Virus record (IMG/VR): IMGVR_UViG_3300028388_003908
Span: 32,001 to 96,000 of that record
From: a virus
DNA: 64,000 bases
Direction: 5' to 3' (one strand)
The notes beneath the pieces are model-generated. The model saw only the letters and a list, made by a program, of their open reading frames with translations. It did not search any database and was not told the DNA's origin. Positions within the stretch are counted from its first letter, which is position 1; each line of letters starts with the position of its first letter. Positions 19,698-31,172 of the stretch are shown one piece after another. The position numbers and the translations under genes are program-made.

Positions 19698-22600
19698 ATG
19701 GCGAAAACGGAAGATACCTTAACAGAACTTTTAGGTCAGATTAATCAGGCTGCCAAGAAAGGTCTTCTCGGTGGCGCGCAACAAGATCTGCGTCAACTGA
19801 ACCGATATAAAGATACGTTTAAAGGACTGATCTCTGCCATCAATAAAGCCTATGAAGATGGTTTTGAAGGGCAAGCTCAAGGTCTCCAAGAGGTACAGGA
19901 AAAACTAAACGAGAACATAAAATCCTATTCCGCACAGATCAATAAGTGCATGACGCACCTCAGAAAGAATCTGACGGACTCGGAGCGGGCTGCCGCCGAA
20001 GCACGTCTGAAATCTCTCAAGACCGAACTCGCTCAAAGGATCAAATCTCAAGCCGAACTCGCTCAAAAAGAGATCGCTCATAACAACAAGATCATAGAGG
20101 ACTACAAGACAAAGAGGGTCAATCTCAAGAAGCAGGTGTCAGAGCAGTTTCTTGAGATGAAGCTAGGGGATTCTGTCGAAGGGGCTTTTAATAATCTCAC
20201 GTCTGCCCTCAACGATGGCGGACAGACTATAGGAAAGGGCATTACCGGGGCTTTTAAGGTTGGGGCGGGTCTACTAGCGTCCCGTCAAGCTACGCTCGCT
20301 TTTAGGGCTAAACAAACATCGGATACCGGTGAAAAAGCTAGTCTTGAAAAGAGCGCCCAGGCGATGGCTGGTATGGGTAAGGCCATGCTTATAATCGGAG
20401 CAAGCGTAGGCGCGCTGTTCGCTGTAGTAAAAGCCTTTCAAGCGATTGAAGAAGCAGGTAAGAAGATCAACAAGCAGTTGATAACCGAGATAGGCGCAAC
20501 CGATCTTATGGCAAATAAGACGGGCAATCTCTATGAAGAAGTCAATAAGATGAGACAGCTAGTCACGAAAGCAGACTTTGCGCTGTCTCTAGGTATGACC
20601 ACAGAGGAAGCCATCTCCCTCGTAAAAGAATTTAACGAGGCTAATTTTTCTCTCGCGTCATTAGGAGATAACGCAGAGGAAGCGACCGGTCGTCTACATG
20701 ACATGATGATGACCGTTAGATCAGGCGCTGTCGCGCTCGGTGTGTCTACCTCTGAGCTTGTAGGTTTTGCAGAGCGCTACCGTATGGAGATGGGCATGAG
20801 CGCCCGAGAATCCGGATTCACCGCTAGAGTGGCAGAGGATTTTAAATCTATACGCGACATGGCCATGCAGAGCGGTTATTCAACCTCTAAGTTCTTTGAT
20901 AAGGTTAAAAGTCTTACCGAAGGTCTTGGTAAATTTAACGTCCGAACAGAGCAAGCGGGCAAGCTCTTGATCTCCTTAACCAAGGTGATCGGGCCTGAGG
21001 CAGCCGAGCAATTTACCAAAGGGCTTATGGGAGCCTTTAGACAAGAAGGATATACGGATCGTTTAAAGCGTCTGATGACGACACCTCAAAGACAGGTCGC
21101 TAAGGCTTTGACTGCGAGCGCGAAATCTCAAGCAAATGATTTCTCTAGGAACTTCTTAAGAAGCGGAAAGTCTAAGGATATTTTCGCTCAATACGGGATC
21201 ACAGGAGAGAACATTGTTGAAGGTACTAAAAGTCTCTCAGACGCAGACGTAAAAAAGCTCTTAGGTGAACTGCAAGGGGCGGGACAGACCGGAGCCGCCC
21301 GACAATTCTATGAGGTAATGGACGCGCTACACTCTAAAGGTCGGATGGGACAGGTGCGCCAGCTAGGTCAAGCAGACGCAGGGGCGACACTCAGAGTAAA
21401 GGCATCTCAATTTACAGGTGTAATGGGCGGTAAGAGCATCCGAGAAGCCGGTTTAGGTAAGCTCAAACTACTTGAAACCTTAGGTTTCTCGCCTGAGGAG
21501 ATCGAGCAATACGCCAAGATTGTCGAGCTAAAAGAAGCTGAGCTAGGTATGTTGAGACAAAAGAAAATTCTCACCGAGGAGGAACAGAAACAATACGGTG
21601 TCCAGATGAGAGAAGGTCAGCTTTACAATGTCGAGACAGGAGAGAAGGTCGACAACGTAGAAGCGTATCTACAAGCGCAAGGGGCGAGACTAGAGAAGGA
21701 GTTTGGAGATCTCAAAGCGCCTACCTTAGAGGAGATCATGCAGGATAATATCCGTGCAACGCAGACCTCTAGTGAGAAGCTAGGCGCTCATCTTGGAGAG
21801 ATCATGCAAGGCGTCTATGACGTGACGATGGGCATCTATAACAAGATCTTCGGAGACGATCAGAGCGATAAAGCCAAGGCAGCTCAGGCTCAGCTACTAG
21901 AGGAAACACAAGCTAAGATCGCAGGCTTTAGTAAGGAAATCATCTCCAACAACGATAAAATGAGACAGCTACAAGGTAAAGCTAAATCCTCAAAAGACCC
22001 CGCAGAGAAGAAGGCAATTAACGAACAGATAGACGCCTTGAAAAAGAGAAATCAATCCCTCTCTGACAGTCAAAAACTAAACAAGGCCTCGTTAGCGATC
22101 CTTAATCGTGAGAAGTTGACATCCGAAAGTATTGAGGAGATGAGATCAGAGACGCTAAATAAAGGGGTGATAAAGCTGGCACAATCTAGTCCTGAGGCAA
22201 AAGAGAGACTTTTAAGTTCTGGGATGATACGCAGTCCCAAATCTCTATTAGACATGGAAATAAAGGCGAAGGAGTTAGGATATTCTTCCGCACAAGAGAT
22301 GCTAGACTTTGACGATTATGACCATGATGAATTTCTTAAGATAACGTCTGCTCTGGAAGAGATTGGGGTTACCCTTAGAGGTTATGATACGACAGGGAAC
22401 CATGTTACCTATCAAGATGGAATGGGAATGAGATATAAGGGAGGGCGTGTCGCTGTAGACGCAGAAGGACGTGTTATAGGGGCGCAAACTGGCACTAAGA
22501 AATTTTCCAAAGATACGGGGACTGGTTTGTTTGGCAGTCTTACATCACCCGCAGAAGAATCCCTTAATGTCGCGCCTCTTAATCCAATGGACCCTCAAGT

Positions 22601-23132
22601 ACAAAAGGCGCGTAAAAAAGACGCAGAGGCTCAAGTCGAAGAATCCGCTAAAAGCTCTGCTATGAAGAAGGCGCGAGAGGAGGGCGTCTACAAGGGAATG
22701 AAGAGGGCTCAACAGGAAGATTATGAGTCCCGTATCAAAGGCATGGCTAGTGAGTTAGGTCTAAGTACACAAGGCTCCTTGAAGCAGATCACGGAGAGAT
22801 TCGCCGGCGCTAGAGAGGGCTTGAAAACAGACAATCCAGATCTTGTCGGTCGTCTAGGTGAGGTGATCGGTATCGCTAAAGAAGCGGGCTTTATTGATGA
22901 TGGTTTTGTACTAAAGAACGGGCGCGCTACTCGTATTGCGGAAGGGGATAACGTCCTAGCGTTTAAGGATGGTGGCCCTGCGGACCCTAGACGTATGAAC
23001 AAAGCGACCGCTTCCATTAACATCAACATTATGGGCGGTCGTCCTGATACTATTCCTCAGTTCCAACGCGCAGTAGAGCAAGTGTTAAGAAAGACCGGTG
23101 TGGTCGTAGAACCCGGCAATCGTCTCTCTTAA
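19698..23132 (+). CDS. Tape measure protein, 1144 aa
   Basis: Long helical A/K/Q/G-rich ORF with one hydrophobic segment and a C-terminal ININI motif. Position in the tail module agrees. Confidence 0.85.
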   Translation: MAKTEDTLTELLGQINQAAKKGLLGGAQQDLRQLNRYKDTFKGLISAINKAYEDGFEGQAQGLQEVQEKLNENIKSYSAQINKCMTHLRKNLTDSERAAAEARLKSLKTELAQRIKSQAELAQKEIAHNNKIIEDYKTKRVNLKKQVSEQFLEMKLGDSVEGAFNNLTSALNDGGQTIGKGITGAFKVGAGLLASRQATLAFRAKQTSDTGEKASLEKSAQAMAGMGKAMLIIGASVGALFAVVKAFQAIEEAGKKINKQLITEIGATDLMANKTGNLYEEVNKMRQLVTKADFALSLGMTTEEAISLVKEFNEANFSLASLGDNAEEATGRLHDMMMTVRSGAVALGVSTSELVGFAERYRMEMGMSARESGFTARVAEDFKSIRDMAMQSGYSTSKFFDKVKSLTEGLGKFNVRTEQAGKLLISLTKVIGPEAAEQFTKGLMGAFRQEGYTDRLKRLMTTPQRQVAKALTASAKSQANDFSRNFLRSGKSKDIFAQYGITGENIVEGTKSLSDADVKKLLGELQGAGQTGAARQFYEVMDALHSKGRMGQVRQLGQADAGATLRVKASQFTGVMGGKSIREAGLGKLKLLETLGFSPEEIEQYAKIVELKEAELGMLRQKKILTEEEQKQYGVQMREGQLYNVETGEKVDNVEAYLQAQGARLEKEFGDLKAPTLEEIMQDNIRATQTSSEKLGAHLGEIMQGVYDVTMGIYNKIFGDDQSDKAKAAQAQLLEETQAKIAGFSKEIISNNDKMRQLQGKAKSSKDPAEKKAINEQIDALKKRNQSLSDSQKLNKASLAILNREKLTSESIEEMRSETLNKGVIKLAQSSPEAKERLLSSGMIRSPKSLLDMEIKAKELGYSSAQEMLDFDDYDHDEFLKITSALEEIGVTLRGYDTTGNHVTYQDGMGMRYKGGRVAVDAEGRVIGAQTGTKKFSKDTGTGLFGSLTSPAEESLNVAPLNPMDPQVQKARKKDAEAQVEESAKSSAMKKAREEGVYKGMKRAQQEDYESRIKGMASELGLSTQGSLKQITERFAGAREGLKTDNPDLVGRLGEVIGIAKEAGFIDDGFVLKNGRATRIAEGDNVLAFKDGGPADPRRMNKATASININIMGGRPDTIPQFQRAVEQVLRKTGVVVEPGNRLS

Positions 23133-23143
23133 AGGAGCAAATT

Positions 23144-23845
23144 ATGACCGTTGTTAAGCCCCATTTTGAAAAACCTCTAAGCGAGTTTGACGGTACCGGT
23201 CGCAAGCCTTTCCTGTTTGATGTGCTCTCTCCTGATGGCAACTTCTCCTTGCTCTCAAGCGAGCAGACCAACATCCAAGTAGGCGGAGATTACAATCAAG
23301 GCGGTACGAGAGATCAATCCCGCATCATCAGCGAGCGCTCTGATTATCGTATGGTGCTCTATGCGAACCCTAAGGATATATCCTTCTCTTATACCAAAAA
23401 GACCGAGGTCAGTCAGACCATGGGAGGATGGGTAGAGACGTATTGGGGAGATGAGCCTGTCACCGTCACCTTAACCACTACGACCGGAGCTTTTATCCGT
23501 GTTGGCGGTACTGGTCTTACGACAACCACAGGACCCGTCTCAGCTAAAGGGCAAGTCTATGGTACCGATATTGAGGGCAATCGTAGAGAGACCTTGCAGT
23601 ACGACAAGATGTTGGATTTCCTAGCGTTGTTTCATAACAACGGCTCGATCTATGACGACCGAGGGAACATCATCTTTCAAGGCAAGATCAAGATGTACTT
23701 TGACCAGAGCGCGTGGACTGGTTGGTTCCAATCTTTTAGTATCGAGGAGGTCGCAGATCAGCCTTTCATGTTCTCCGTCTCTGCGGTCTTTCAGATAGAG
23801 ACCGAGACTCATGCGGTCAGAACCTTTGGAGGCAATCTGAGATGA
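23144..23845 (+). CDS. Tail tube initiator/baseplate protein
   Basis: NPKDISFSY.K…QTMGGWVETYWGDE…GWFQSFSIEE motif, immediately after the tape measure gene. Confidence 0.7.
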   Translation: MTVVKPHFEKPLSEFDGTGRKPFLFDVLSPDGNFSLLSSEQTNIQVGGDYNQGGTRDQSRIISERSDYRMVLYANPKDISFSYTKKTEVSQTMGGWVETYWGDEPVTVTLTTTTGAFIRVGGTGLTTTTGPVSAKGQVYGTDIEGNRRETLQYDKMLDFLALFHNNGSIYDDRGNIIFQGKIKMYFDQSAWTGWFQSFSIEEVADQPFMFSVSAVFQIETETHAVRTFGGNLR

Positions 23846-24771
23846 AAGCCACTACAGCGACAGCGCCTTATCTATCCTTACCGACAGGGGAGAGCATACT
23901 GCTCTTTCCCGATAACGGTAATCGAGCTTATCCCGTAGATACGACTCGGGAATCTTTGAGAGAGTACTCCCCTTTTATCTTGTCTGTGAACGCGCCAGAG
24001 ATGAACTTCGGTAATAATGGGGCTAGCTACACGGTGAGGCCCTTTTCCAACCCTCTCAAGAGCACAGACACACGTTATAGCTCTGCGACCCAATTATCGC
24101 AGGATTTCTCGTATGTGGCTGCGATACCCACACGCGCCCCTAGACCTATTCAAGGCTCGGCTAATCCTTCAGTAGTACCAGACTCCAAAAAACCAGGTTT
24201 CTTAAACCGTGATCAGATTGTAGATCACGCGAGACAAGGGACCTATCTACAATCACTGCCCCCTATCGTCTTTATGATTAACCCTACGTCTATCTCTAGA
24301 GAGTATAGTCACATACAGGCGTATCAGGAAATGTCTAGATATGGTTTTATCTTTCAGCGTTGGGGTGAGGAGCTAGTAAAGCTCTCGGTGACTTGTAAGA
24401 TCGGTGCTTTCCTTTCTATGAAGAATCGAGGGCAGGGGGTGCTTGATGGGCCTTCTGGATTGCAATACGCTTCGCGTCTAGATTCGGCAGCCTGGCGTCA
24501 ATTGCAAATACTCATGCTCTCATACAAAAACGCAGGGGCGATACATGATCGCCTAGGGCGCACCCGAGCTTATCATGGTGTCGGATCGCATACCATACAC
24601 TATGACGGACAAGAATGGACGGGTCGTATCACCTCTTTTAGCTACTCAAACTCGGAGGAGAATCCTCACGGAGGCACAGAGGTTTCTTTTGAGATGACCG
24701 TATTTAAGCACGTCATGTACGACAAGCAGTTAAAGACGAACGCGCTGTCTAGAATGAAGAAGGGAGGCTGA
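23842..24771 (+). CDS. Second tail tube initiator-like protein (paralog of 23144-23845)
   Basis: INPTSISREY…FQRWGEE…GRITSFSYS parallels the preceding gene. Confidence 0.65.
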   Translation: MKATTATAPYLSLPTGESILLFPDNGNRAYPVDTTRESLREYSPFILSVNAPEMNFGNNGASYTVRPFSNPLKSTDTRYSSATQLSQDFSYVAAIPTRAPRPIQGSANPSVVPDSKKPGFLNRDQIVDHARQGTYLQSLPPIVFMINPTSISREYSHIQAYQEMSRYGFIFQRWGEELVKLSVTCKIGAFLSMKNRGQGVLDGPSGLQYASRLDSAAWRQLQILMLSYKNAGAIHDRLGRTRAYHGVGSHTIHYDGQEWTGRITSFSYSNSEENPHGGTEVSFEMTVFKHVMYDKQLKTNALSRMKKGG

Positions 24772-24772
24772 G

Positions 24773-27700
24773 ATGAGTCTAGAGAATAGGCCTTATGCTG
24801 GTAACTGGTCGAGCGAGATTCAAGGAAAATATCGTAAGGTCACTTCTTGGACACCGGACGCCATTGTCAAGATCAACGGTGAAGCCTCTTTAATGGGCTG
24901 TCGAGATTGTAATAACCGCATAGATTTTCAGTCATTTATTACCTCATGTAACGTCAACGCCAGCTTAGATTCTCTGAGCGCAGACATAAGCATGAGCATA
25001 CCTAAGCACTATGGGGATTCGATTTTCAAGGACGGCACGTTTCTGATGGAGACGGGCATGGAAGTGCATATCTTCTATCGGGGATTTTTCCCGACAAAAG
25101 GTCTCATGGAAAAAGGAGATGTTGAAAGAGACGAGACGTTAGATGTGGAATACAACCTAGAAGAGGTCGAATATCGCCCCTATTATCCTGTTTTTCATGG
25201 GGTCGTGACGAGCTTAAATTATTCCTTCTCGGGAGGATTCTATAGCGCGTCTCTCTCATGTGCAGGGTTGCTACATTTTTGGGAATCTCAACAGGTCAAC
25301 ACCAACGCAGCCTATATGGCAGCCGGTCCCTCAGAGGATAGAGGCTCTGTCAGGATTAGCGGTCACGTTTATACTAGCATGACCCCTCACCAGATCATTT
25401 ATGATCTCTATCGACACACAGGCGGGGCAGCCGAAGGTCTATCTTGGGCTTGGTCTAGTAAATCAAACGTGAAAGCTAAATCCGCTACAGGTCAAGACTT
25501 CTATTCGCTCTCTATGCGCTATTGGGAAAAGCGCTTCTCAGAGGGTATGTATGATCTCCGTATGTACGGTGTATCAGGTCGTCTTTATAGCGCTACAGAG
25601 CAGGCTTTCCTTACGAATCTCTACGCAGGATCTTCTCTCGCTAAAGAGCTGAACAGCGTTGTTCAATCTACGCTTAATCCAGGGACGAACAAGCGAGCGT
25701 CTAGGAGATTTCAGCGCGCTCAGGCTGCCGGTTTTGGACCTAAAACAAAGACCTCAAAGGTGGTCGATTCACAGCTCTTGGATATTCGCTATCTAGCGCA
25801 GACCGCGTCTAAGGATAAAGTCGGTCTTGTCGCTACACAGCTTCAAGCGTTTATTCCCGATCTCAACAACATCGGGAATATCAATCTGTTTGAATCCTCC
25901 TATGAGTCCAAAAAAAGCATCGCCTCTAAGGTTGCAGAGACTATTGGATATGAGTTCTACCAAGACCTAGATGGGGACCTAGTTTTCAAGCCCCCTATGT
26001 ATAACATGGACACCTCTAAGAGTAGGGTCTATAGGATTCATAGAGAAGACATAATCGACATAAGCTATTCTCAAGACGAGCCGGCTGCCACATACGTTAT
26101 CTGTAAAGGAAGCCATTTTAGGAATCTAGGCGGTACGGGCATGGAAGGTGAGTTCGGTACCCGAGGCACTTATGTGGATTATCGTCTTGTCGCCAAGTAT
26201 GGTTGGAAGGCTTACGAGTTCGACACGACCTTTTATAACAGCGCTGAGAGCGCGTATTACGCGGCCGTTGTGAAGCTCGACACCATGAACAAGGACGTTA
26301 ATAAGGCGAGCGTCACGATCCCTCTACGTCCCGAGATCAAGATGGGATATCCTGTCTACATAGAACACATCGACTGCTTCTATTATGTCTCAAGCGTCTC
26401 TCACTCATTCGCTTTTGGTTCTTCATGCACCACGACCTTAGAGTTGACAGCGCGCAGACGTAAGTTTTTGCCTCCGGGTAATCCTTCGGTTGGTTACGAC
26501 CGAGACCCTAGCTTAGCTGTGGATTTCGAACGCACGTTCATGCCCCCTAAGAAACTCTATCAGAGAGACGCAGATGGTCGCCCTCGCGTAATCGGCTTCC
26601 CTAACGTAGTGATGGCGCTCGATCCTACCAAGATGGACCCCTCGTATCTCTACTTTCCTACCGAGTATTACCTTGGCGGTAACGAGAATGAAGAGACGAG
26701 AAGGATGTTTCAGAACATGATCATCCTTGAAGGATATCGTCTAGGGGTGCTCAAGCTACAGACTCCGATTGATTCTGAAGGAGAATCCCAAGATGTACCT
26801 TTATCCACGAACTTTAGCTACGACATAGACGATAAGTTTTTTAAAGGACCTTGGGTTATGTCTAGACCTATCGCTGGAGTAGATTCAGATGGTAATCCTA
26901 CACAAAGCTCCGAGAACGTATTGGTAGCTCTTGAAAGTGATGGCAGATTTTCAGGGGAGTCCGAGCTACAAGCAGCCAATCAGGACCTCAAGAAAGGTCG
27001 TAAACAAGCGGATCGTCTCAATTCTAAGGGCAAATTTATGGCCTCTCAGAACAAGAGAGAACAGGTGGCTAAAGCCTATGAAGAAGCGATAAAAAAGCTC
27101 AAAGAATCTCCTTCAGATAGTGGCAAGTCTCTTAACATTGTCCAGATTATTGACATTTACCGACAATACGCATCTGAGGGTTCTTCAGGTATTACAGCAC
27201 CTGGTTCTCTGTCCTCTCTCATACGTCTGTTGAGCAATAAAAAAGCGAGCTTTAATCCTAATCAACCTGGTTATTATCGCTATTATTCCTCTGCCCATCC
27301 TAATCCGAGATACCAAGCACCGCCTTTCGTAAAGGTCGGTTCTGACGGGAGCATCACGCTTGATGATCCGGCGTTTGCGATCACTAGGGACCCCGGTGCA
27401 GATAAGACCACAAACGTGGTCTCATCTGTCACAGATAATGAGGTGCTTATTGAACAAGGCTCTGCCATAAAAGGGTTCAACACCAAAGTTCTCACGTCTC
27501 AAGATTATGAGATTGTACCGAGCGAGCGAATCACAACGCTCAGCTTCACGAAGAACGAGGTTTCTAAGACAAGACGTGTTAGACCTACAATCTACGCCAA
27601 AACCCTCACGTTGAGCACTTTTCAGCAGGAATTTAGATCTGGTTTAGCGCGCTACATGAGCGCTAAATATACCGATGGCATGACCGTTGGGAAAATGTGC

Positions 27701-28834
27701 GATCTGCTTTTCCTTAAACGCGGAGCTAACGTCCGTATCGCTCGCTTAAAGAATGTTATCGGCAAGCTGTGGCTAAAAGGTCAAGCCCTTTCCGATAGTG
27801 CCGTCCTTAATAAAGGTCAGATCAGCGCTATCGCAGCCAACACGGCAGCCATGACTCTTTTACAAGCCCGGAGTGATTTATCAGGGATTGACGATCCCTC
27901 AAATTCTGAACAACAGAATTTGATCAAGACCTATATTAGAGAGCTACAGCTAGGCTATAGATATGCGGTGTTTTATGGGACACAAGCGCGTAAAGGTAGT
28001 CTACAAGACGTAGTGGACAAGACCACATTTATCAGTCCTATTTTCCCCGTATCGGATAAAGAAGGATATGAGGTCTTTGGTGCTTATGCGTATGGTCGAG
28101 GACTCGACATACAGACAGGCAACGCCTTTGATCAGATACTCAGGAATGACCCTACTCGTATTCTGACAGACGCGCAGAGAGACGCTTATCTGAGAGAGAT
28201 TATTTCCCGCAGAGTTCAAGCGGGGCCGCCAGATCCTAGAGGTAGTAGGTCCTTGAATGAAGCGGTCTCAAAGATGGTTGGAGAGGAGCTTGAGCGCGCC
28301 TATGAGGTCACAGGTCTTAAAGGGCAGAACGCAAATCAAGCGGGACTTGTCGATGCCATCGCTAATGCGATTTCTAATCAGAATGACACGCAGGTGATCG
28401 CTAACGTCCCCGCTAGAATGGCAGAGATTGTGCCTAGATCTCGACAAGACGTTATGTGTGGTTGTCGAACCGAGGATCAAGATCTCGTCTATGTTCTTAG
28501 AACCTTCGGTCAGGATATTCCTGAAGGTATTGAGGAAGGGGAGTTGTTTGTGCGCTTGAGAGATTACATCCGATCAAAGGTGCCCTCACACAAGCAACAT
28601 CAAGACATACTCAAGGGAGACATACCACCCACAACACTACAGCCGCCACAACCTGTTTCATCGGGTCAAGACACGCTCTCCAGCGCCAATATAGATCCCA
28701 ATGCGAGCTTTGCCGATAATGTGAAATCTGCGTATCAGCAGACCATAGGTAGTAGTCTTGAGACAGCAGAGGACTCAGTGCAAAACGTCAAGGATAGCTG
28801 GAAATCTGCTGTTCAACATCTGAAAGGTAAATGA
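24773..28834 (+). CDS. Baseplate hub protein (gp27/gpD-like), 1353 aa
   Basis: Motifs VFHGVVTS, IGYEFYQDLDGDLVFKPPMYN and LRPEIKMGYPVYI…YYVSSVSHSF. Confidence 0.8.
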   Translation: MSLENRPYAGNWSSEIQGKYRKVTSWTPDAIVKINGEASLMGCRDCNNRIDFQSFITSCNVNASLDSLSADISMSIPKHYGDSIFKDGTFLMETGMEVHIFYRGFFPTKGLMEKGDVERDETLDVEYNLEEVEYRPYYPVFHGVVTSLNYSFSGGFYSASLSCAGLLHFWESQQVNTNAAYMAAGPSEDRGSVRISGHVYTSMTPHQIIYDLYRHTGGAAEGLSWAWSSKSNVKAKSATGQDFYSLSMRYWEKRFSEGMYDLRMYGVSGRLYSATEQAFLTNLYAGSSLAKELNSVVQSTLNPGTNKRASRRFQRAQAAGFGPKTKTSKVVDSQLLDIRYLAQTASKDKVGLVATQLQAFIPDLNNIGNINLFESSYESKKSIASKVAETIGYEFYQDLDGDLVFKPPMYNMDTSKSRVYRIHREDIIDISYSQDEPAATYVICKGSHFRNLGGTGMEGEFGTRGTYVDYRLVAKYGWKAYEFDTTFYNSAESAYYAAVVKLDTMNKDVNKASVTIPLRPEIKMGYPVYIEHIDCFYYVSSVSHSFAFGSSCTTTLELTARRRKFLPPGNPSVGYDRDPSLAVDFERTFMPPKKLYQRDADGRPRVIGFPNVVMALDPTKMDPSYLYFPTEYYLGGNENEETRRMFQNMIILEGYRLGVLKLQTPIDSEGESQDVPLSTNFSYDIDDKFFKGPWVMSRPIAGVDSDGNPTQSSENVLVALESDGRFSGESELQAANQDLKKGRKQADRLNSKGKFMASQNKREQVAKAYEEAIKKLKESPSDSGKSLNIVQIIDIYRQYASEGSSGITAPGSLSSLIRLLSNKKASFNPNQPGYYRYYSSAHPNPRYQAPPFVKVGSDGSITLDDPAFAITRDPGADKTTNVVSSVTDNEVLIEQGSAIKGFNTKVLTSQDYEIVPSERITTLSFTKNEVSKTRRVRPTIYAKTLTLSTFQQEFRSGLARYMSAKYTDGMTVGKMCDLLFLKRGANVRIARLKNVIGKLWLKGQALSDSAVLNKGQISAIAANTAAMTLLQARSDLSGIDDPSNSEQQNLIKTYIRELQLGYRYAVFYGTQARKGSLQDVVDKTTFISPIFPVSDKEGYEVFGAYAYGRGLDIQTGNAFDQILRNDPTRILTDAQRDAYLREIISRRVQAGPPDPRGSRSLNEAVSKMVGEELERAYEVTGLKGQNANQAGLVDAIANAISNQNDTQVIANVPARMAEIVPRSRQDVMCGCRTEDQDLVYVLRTFGQDIPEGIEEGELFVRLRDYIRSKVPSHKQHQDILKGDIPPTTLQPPQPVSSGQDTLSSANIDPNASFADNVKSAYQQTIGSSLETAEDSVQNVKDSWKSAVQHLKGK

Positions 28835-28845
28835 GGTAAAACGAC

Positions 28846-31104
28846 ATGAAACCGATGAGCACATCCTCCGGATGGTCTAGTCTATCTCTTGCTATTGCTC
28901 GCGTGACCATGGTCTATTGGGAGGAGATGCGCTGTGACATAGAGGTCATTTATGGGGAGGATAACCGACCTAAATACTCGGGCGTAGAGTTGCTCATGCC
29001 CTCTATGGGCGCTCGACATTTCTTAGGGGCGATCCCGATGACCGGGGATTATTGCGTCTGCGGTTGGTTCGTGGTGAACTCTGATGGGGAGGCAAATAAG
29101 AAATCACCCGCCATCTTATCTTGGCTGCCTAGGACTCCATATCTAGGGCATGAGTGGGTACCTACTCAAGACTTCTCTATAGACGAGGCGCTACAAAACA
29201 CCCCAAAGGATCGTATCGAGCACAAGGCGATTATTGACCGCACAAGGCACAAGTTACGACATTATGAACCAGGTAACGTAGGCGCTACCTCTGCTCAAGG
29301 ATCAGATCTACACCTAGACGAGAGCGTCTTGATCTCTAACAGACGCGCCAATGAGATTCGTCTTAGAGATCAAGACCAAGCACTCGTCACGCGCTCATTA
29401 CAGCAGTTTCACAGCATGGCGGGCGCTCGCGTATATGGAGGCATGATACAGAGAGACGCTAGGTCTCTGCCTAGAGAGATGTTTTTCCGTCCAGAGGTGC
29501 TAGATCAGAGCGTTCTCTACGAAGACGGTAATATCATCTCAATCGAGGAAGATCCTACCATGATCGGTACGCTCAATCCTCACCCTCTGTTTGCCAAGCA
29601 ATATGATGGAACCTCGATCTTTCAGAAATCAGGAGGCTCGTACTCTGAGGAGCTTAATCCATATATCTTCCTTTATCAGGCTAAGCTCTTAGATGATCAA
29701 GCTAAGGGGCTACATAATGAGGGGGAGACATACGGCGGTAAATCTATCCTTAGAATCAATAAGAGCGGTGAGGTGCAATCCGAGACCGAGACGAGCGCTC
29801 TTGTTGAGTATCGCATAGACGTATGTCACACCTCTGACGGTACGCTTCCCGTTAATGAAGAGACGGATGGTTTTGATGTTGACCGTCTGCTAAATCCTGA
29901 AATCAACCTGCCTTTTGTTGAGATGGTTTTAGGTACGCCCGTAGGTAATGATCCGATCACCGATGCGGGTATTCAAAGATACGGCAAGCCTCTTTATTTG
30001 AACATAAACGATAAGGGAGGTTCGCTCGATACGATCACCGAGCAGATTCCGTTAGAAGAGCAACTCGCCACTCTGCTGACCGTTAAGCCTTTAGACAAGG
30101 TGACGCGCAGATCATCATCAGGATACACGAAAACGGGCGCTTATCGTGCTTACATAGGCGCAGATATACAAGACGCGCTCAAAGCCCGTATTGAGGGCGG
30201 AATGAGCTTGGTTACAGGCGACCGTGTAGAGATCACGTCCTCGTCTATTACGCTAAGATCAGATAGTGACCCGACAAATCCTACGCTTAATCTAGAGAGC
30301 GCAGGGGCGATCTCTCTTGTGAGCAGAGGTTATGTAAATAAAGGGGACGCTGACACAGGTGGAGATCTCGATCCTCTAAATAAAGTAGGCGCGCTGATCG
30401 ACACCTATGGTGCGGTCAAAATGCAATCTTCAACCGGCGTACAGGTGGCTGCCCCTCTGTTTGAGGTGAGCGAGGCGACCGAGGTTTCCGTAAACGCGCT
30501 CAATAACATGACGATTGAGAGCGGGGATAATCTCACCCTTACAGCGAAAACGCGCAAGGACACCATCACCGGAAAACAAGAGACCATAATCACTGGTCCT
30601 CCCGATTTTAATCCTCTTTATGGGGCGGTAAGAGAGACCACGATTGGCGCAAATCCTGCGACAGGATTCCCTGGCGGTATTGTAGACAAGTACACCTGCG
30701 CTTATGGGGATCGTACTGAAACCTATCTAACGACCAGCAACGTCTCCACTACCATCGCCTCGGGTAGTCACAATACCACGGTTGCTGTAGGCGCGATTAA
30801 TCACACAGCAGGGGCGACCTCGATCTCTCAAAATCCTGCGGGCATCGCGCTCACTGCAGGTGCAGGGAACATATCTGTGAGCGCGACAGCAGGGACGATC
30901 AATATCTCGTCAACAGCAAGCGCTAGTATCAGATCATTAGGGGCGACAAGCGTTAGCGGTACAAGCGTTGTTTTAGGGGCACCGGGGGCTGGGAGCGGGT
31001 GGATTATGTGCGCTACAGACAGAGACCCAACGACAGGCAGAACCTTCTTAGAATCGGGGTTAATGCTCCCGAGAGGACAATCACTCGCGCCCTCGATTGT
31101 CTGA
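28846..31104 (+). CDS. Baseplate central spike (gp5/gpV-like)
   Basis: N-terminal OB-fold-like region (IP..GDYCVCG) and C-terminal T/S/G/I-rich beta-helix repeats. Follows the hub gene. Confidence 0.75.
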   Translation: MKPMSTSSGWSSLSLAIARVTMVYWEEMRCDIEVIYGEDNRPKYSGVELLMPSMGARHFLGAIPMTGDYCVCGWFVVNSDGEANKKSPAILSWLPRTPYLGHEWVPTQDFSIDEALQNTPKDRIEHKAIIDRTRHKLRHYEPGNVGATSAQGSDLHLDESVLISNRRANEIRLRDQDQALVTRSLQQFHSMAGARVYGGMIQRDARSLPREMFFRPEVLDQSVLYEDGNIISIEEDPTMIGTLNPHPLFAKQYDGTSIFQKSGGSYSEELNPYIFLYQAKLLDDQAKGLHNEGETYGGKSILRINKSGEVQSETETSALVEYRIDVCHTSDGTLPVNEETDGFDVDRLLNPEINLPFVEMVLGTPVGNDPITDAGIQRYGKPLYLNINDKGGSLDTITEQIPLEEQLATLLTVKPLDKVTRRSSSGYTKTGAYRAYIGADIQDALKARIEGGMSLVTGDRVEITSSSITLRSDSDPTNPTLNLESAGAISLVSRGYVNKGDADTGGDLDPLNKVGALIDTYGAVKMQSSTGVQVAAPLFEVSEATEVSVNALNNMTIESGDNLTLTAKTRKDTITGKQETIITGPPDFNPLYGAVRETTIGANPATGFPGGIVDKYTCAYGDRTETYLTTSNVSTTIASGSHNTTVAVGAINHTAGATSISQNPAGIALTAGAGNISVSATAGTINISSTASASIRSLGATSVSGTSVVLGAPGAGSGWIMCATDRDPTTGRTFLESGLMLPRGQSLAPSIV

Positions 31105-31117
31105 GAGAAAGCCAAAA

Positions 31118-31168
31118 AAAAAGACCCCTACTACACGTCATTTTTAAACGTGTAGTAGGGGTCTTTTT
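31118..31168. terminator. Bidirectional intrinsic terminator
   Basis: 21-bp perfect inverted repeat (31118-31138/31148-31168) whose outer ends are A/T tracts. Lies between convergent genes. Confidence 0.85.
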
Positions 31169-31172
31169 AGTC

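Noticed and set aside
31118-31168. Long hairpin as an ncRNA or mobile-element end
   Set aside because: Its position between convergent genes and its A/T tracts are fully explained by a bidirectional terminator.
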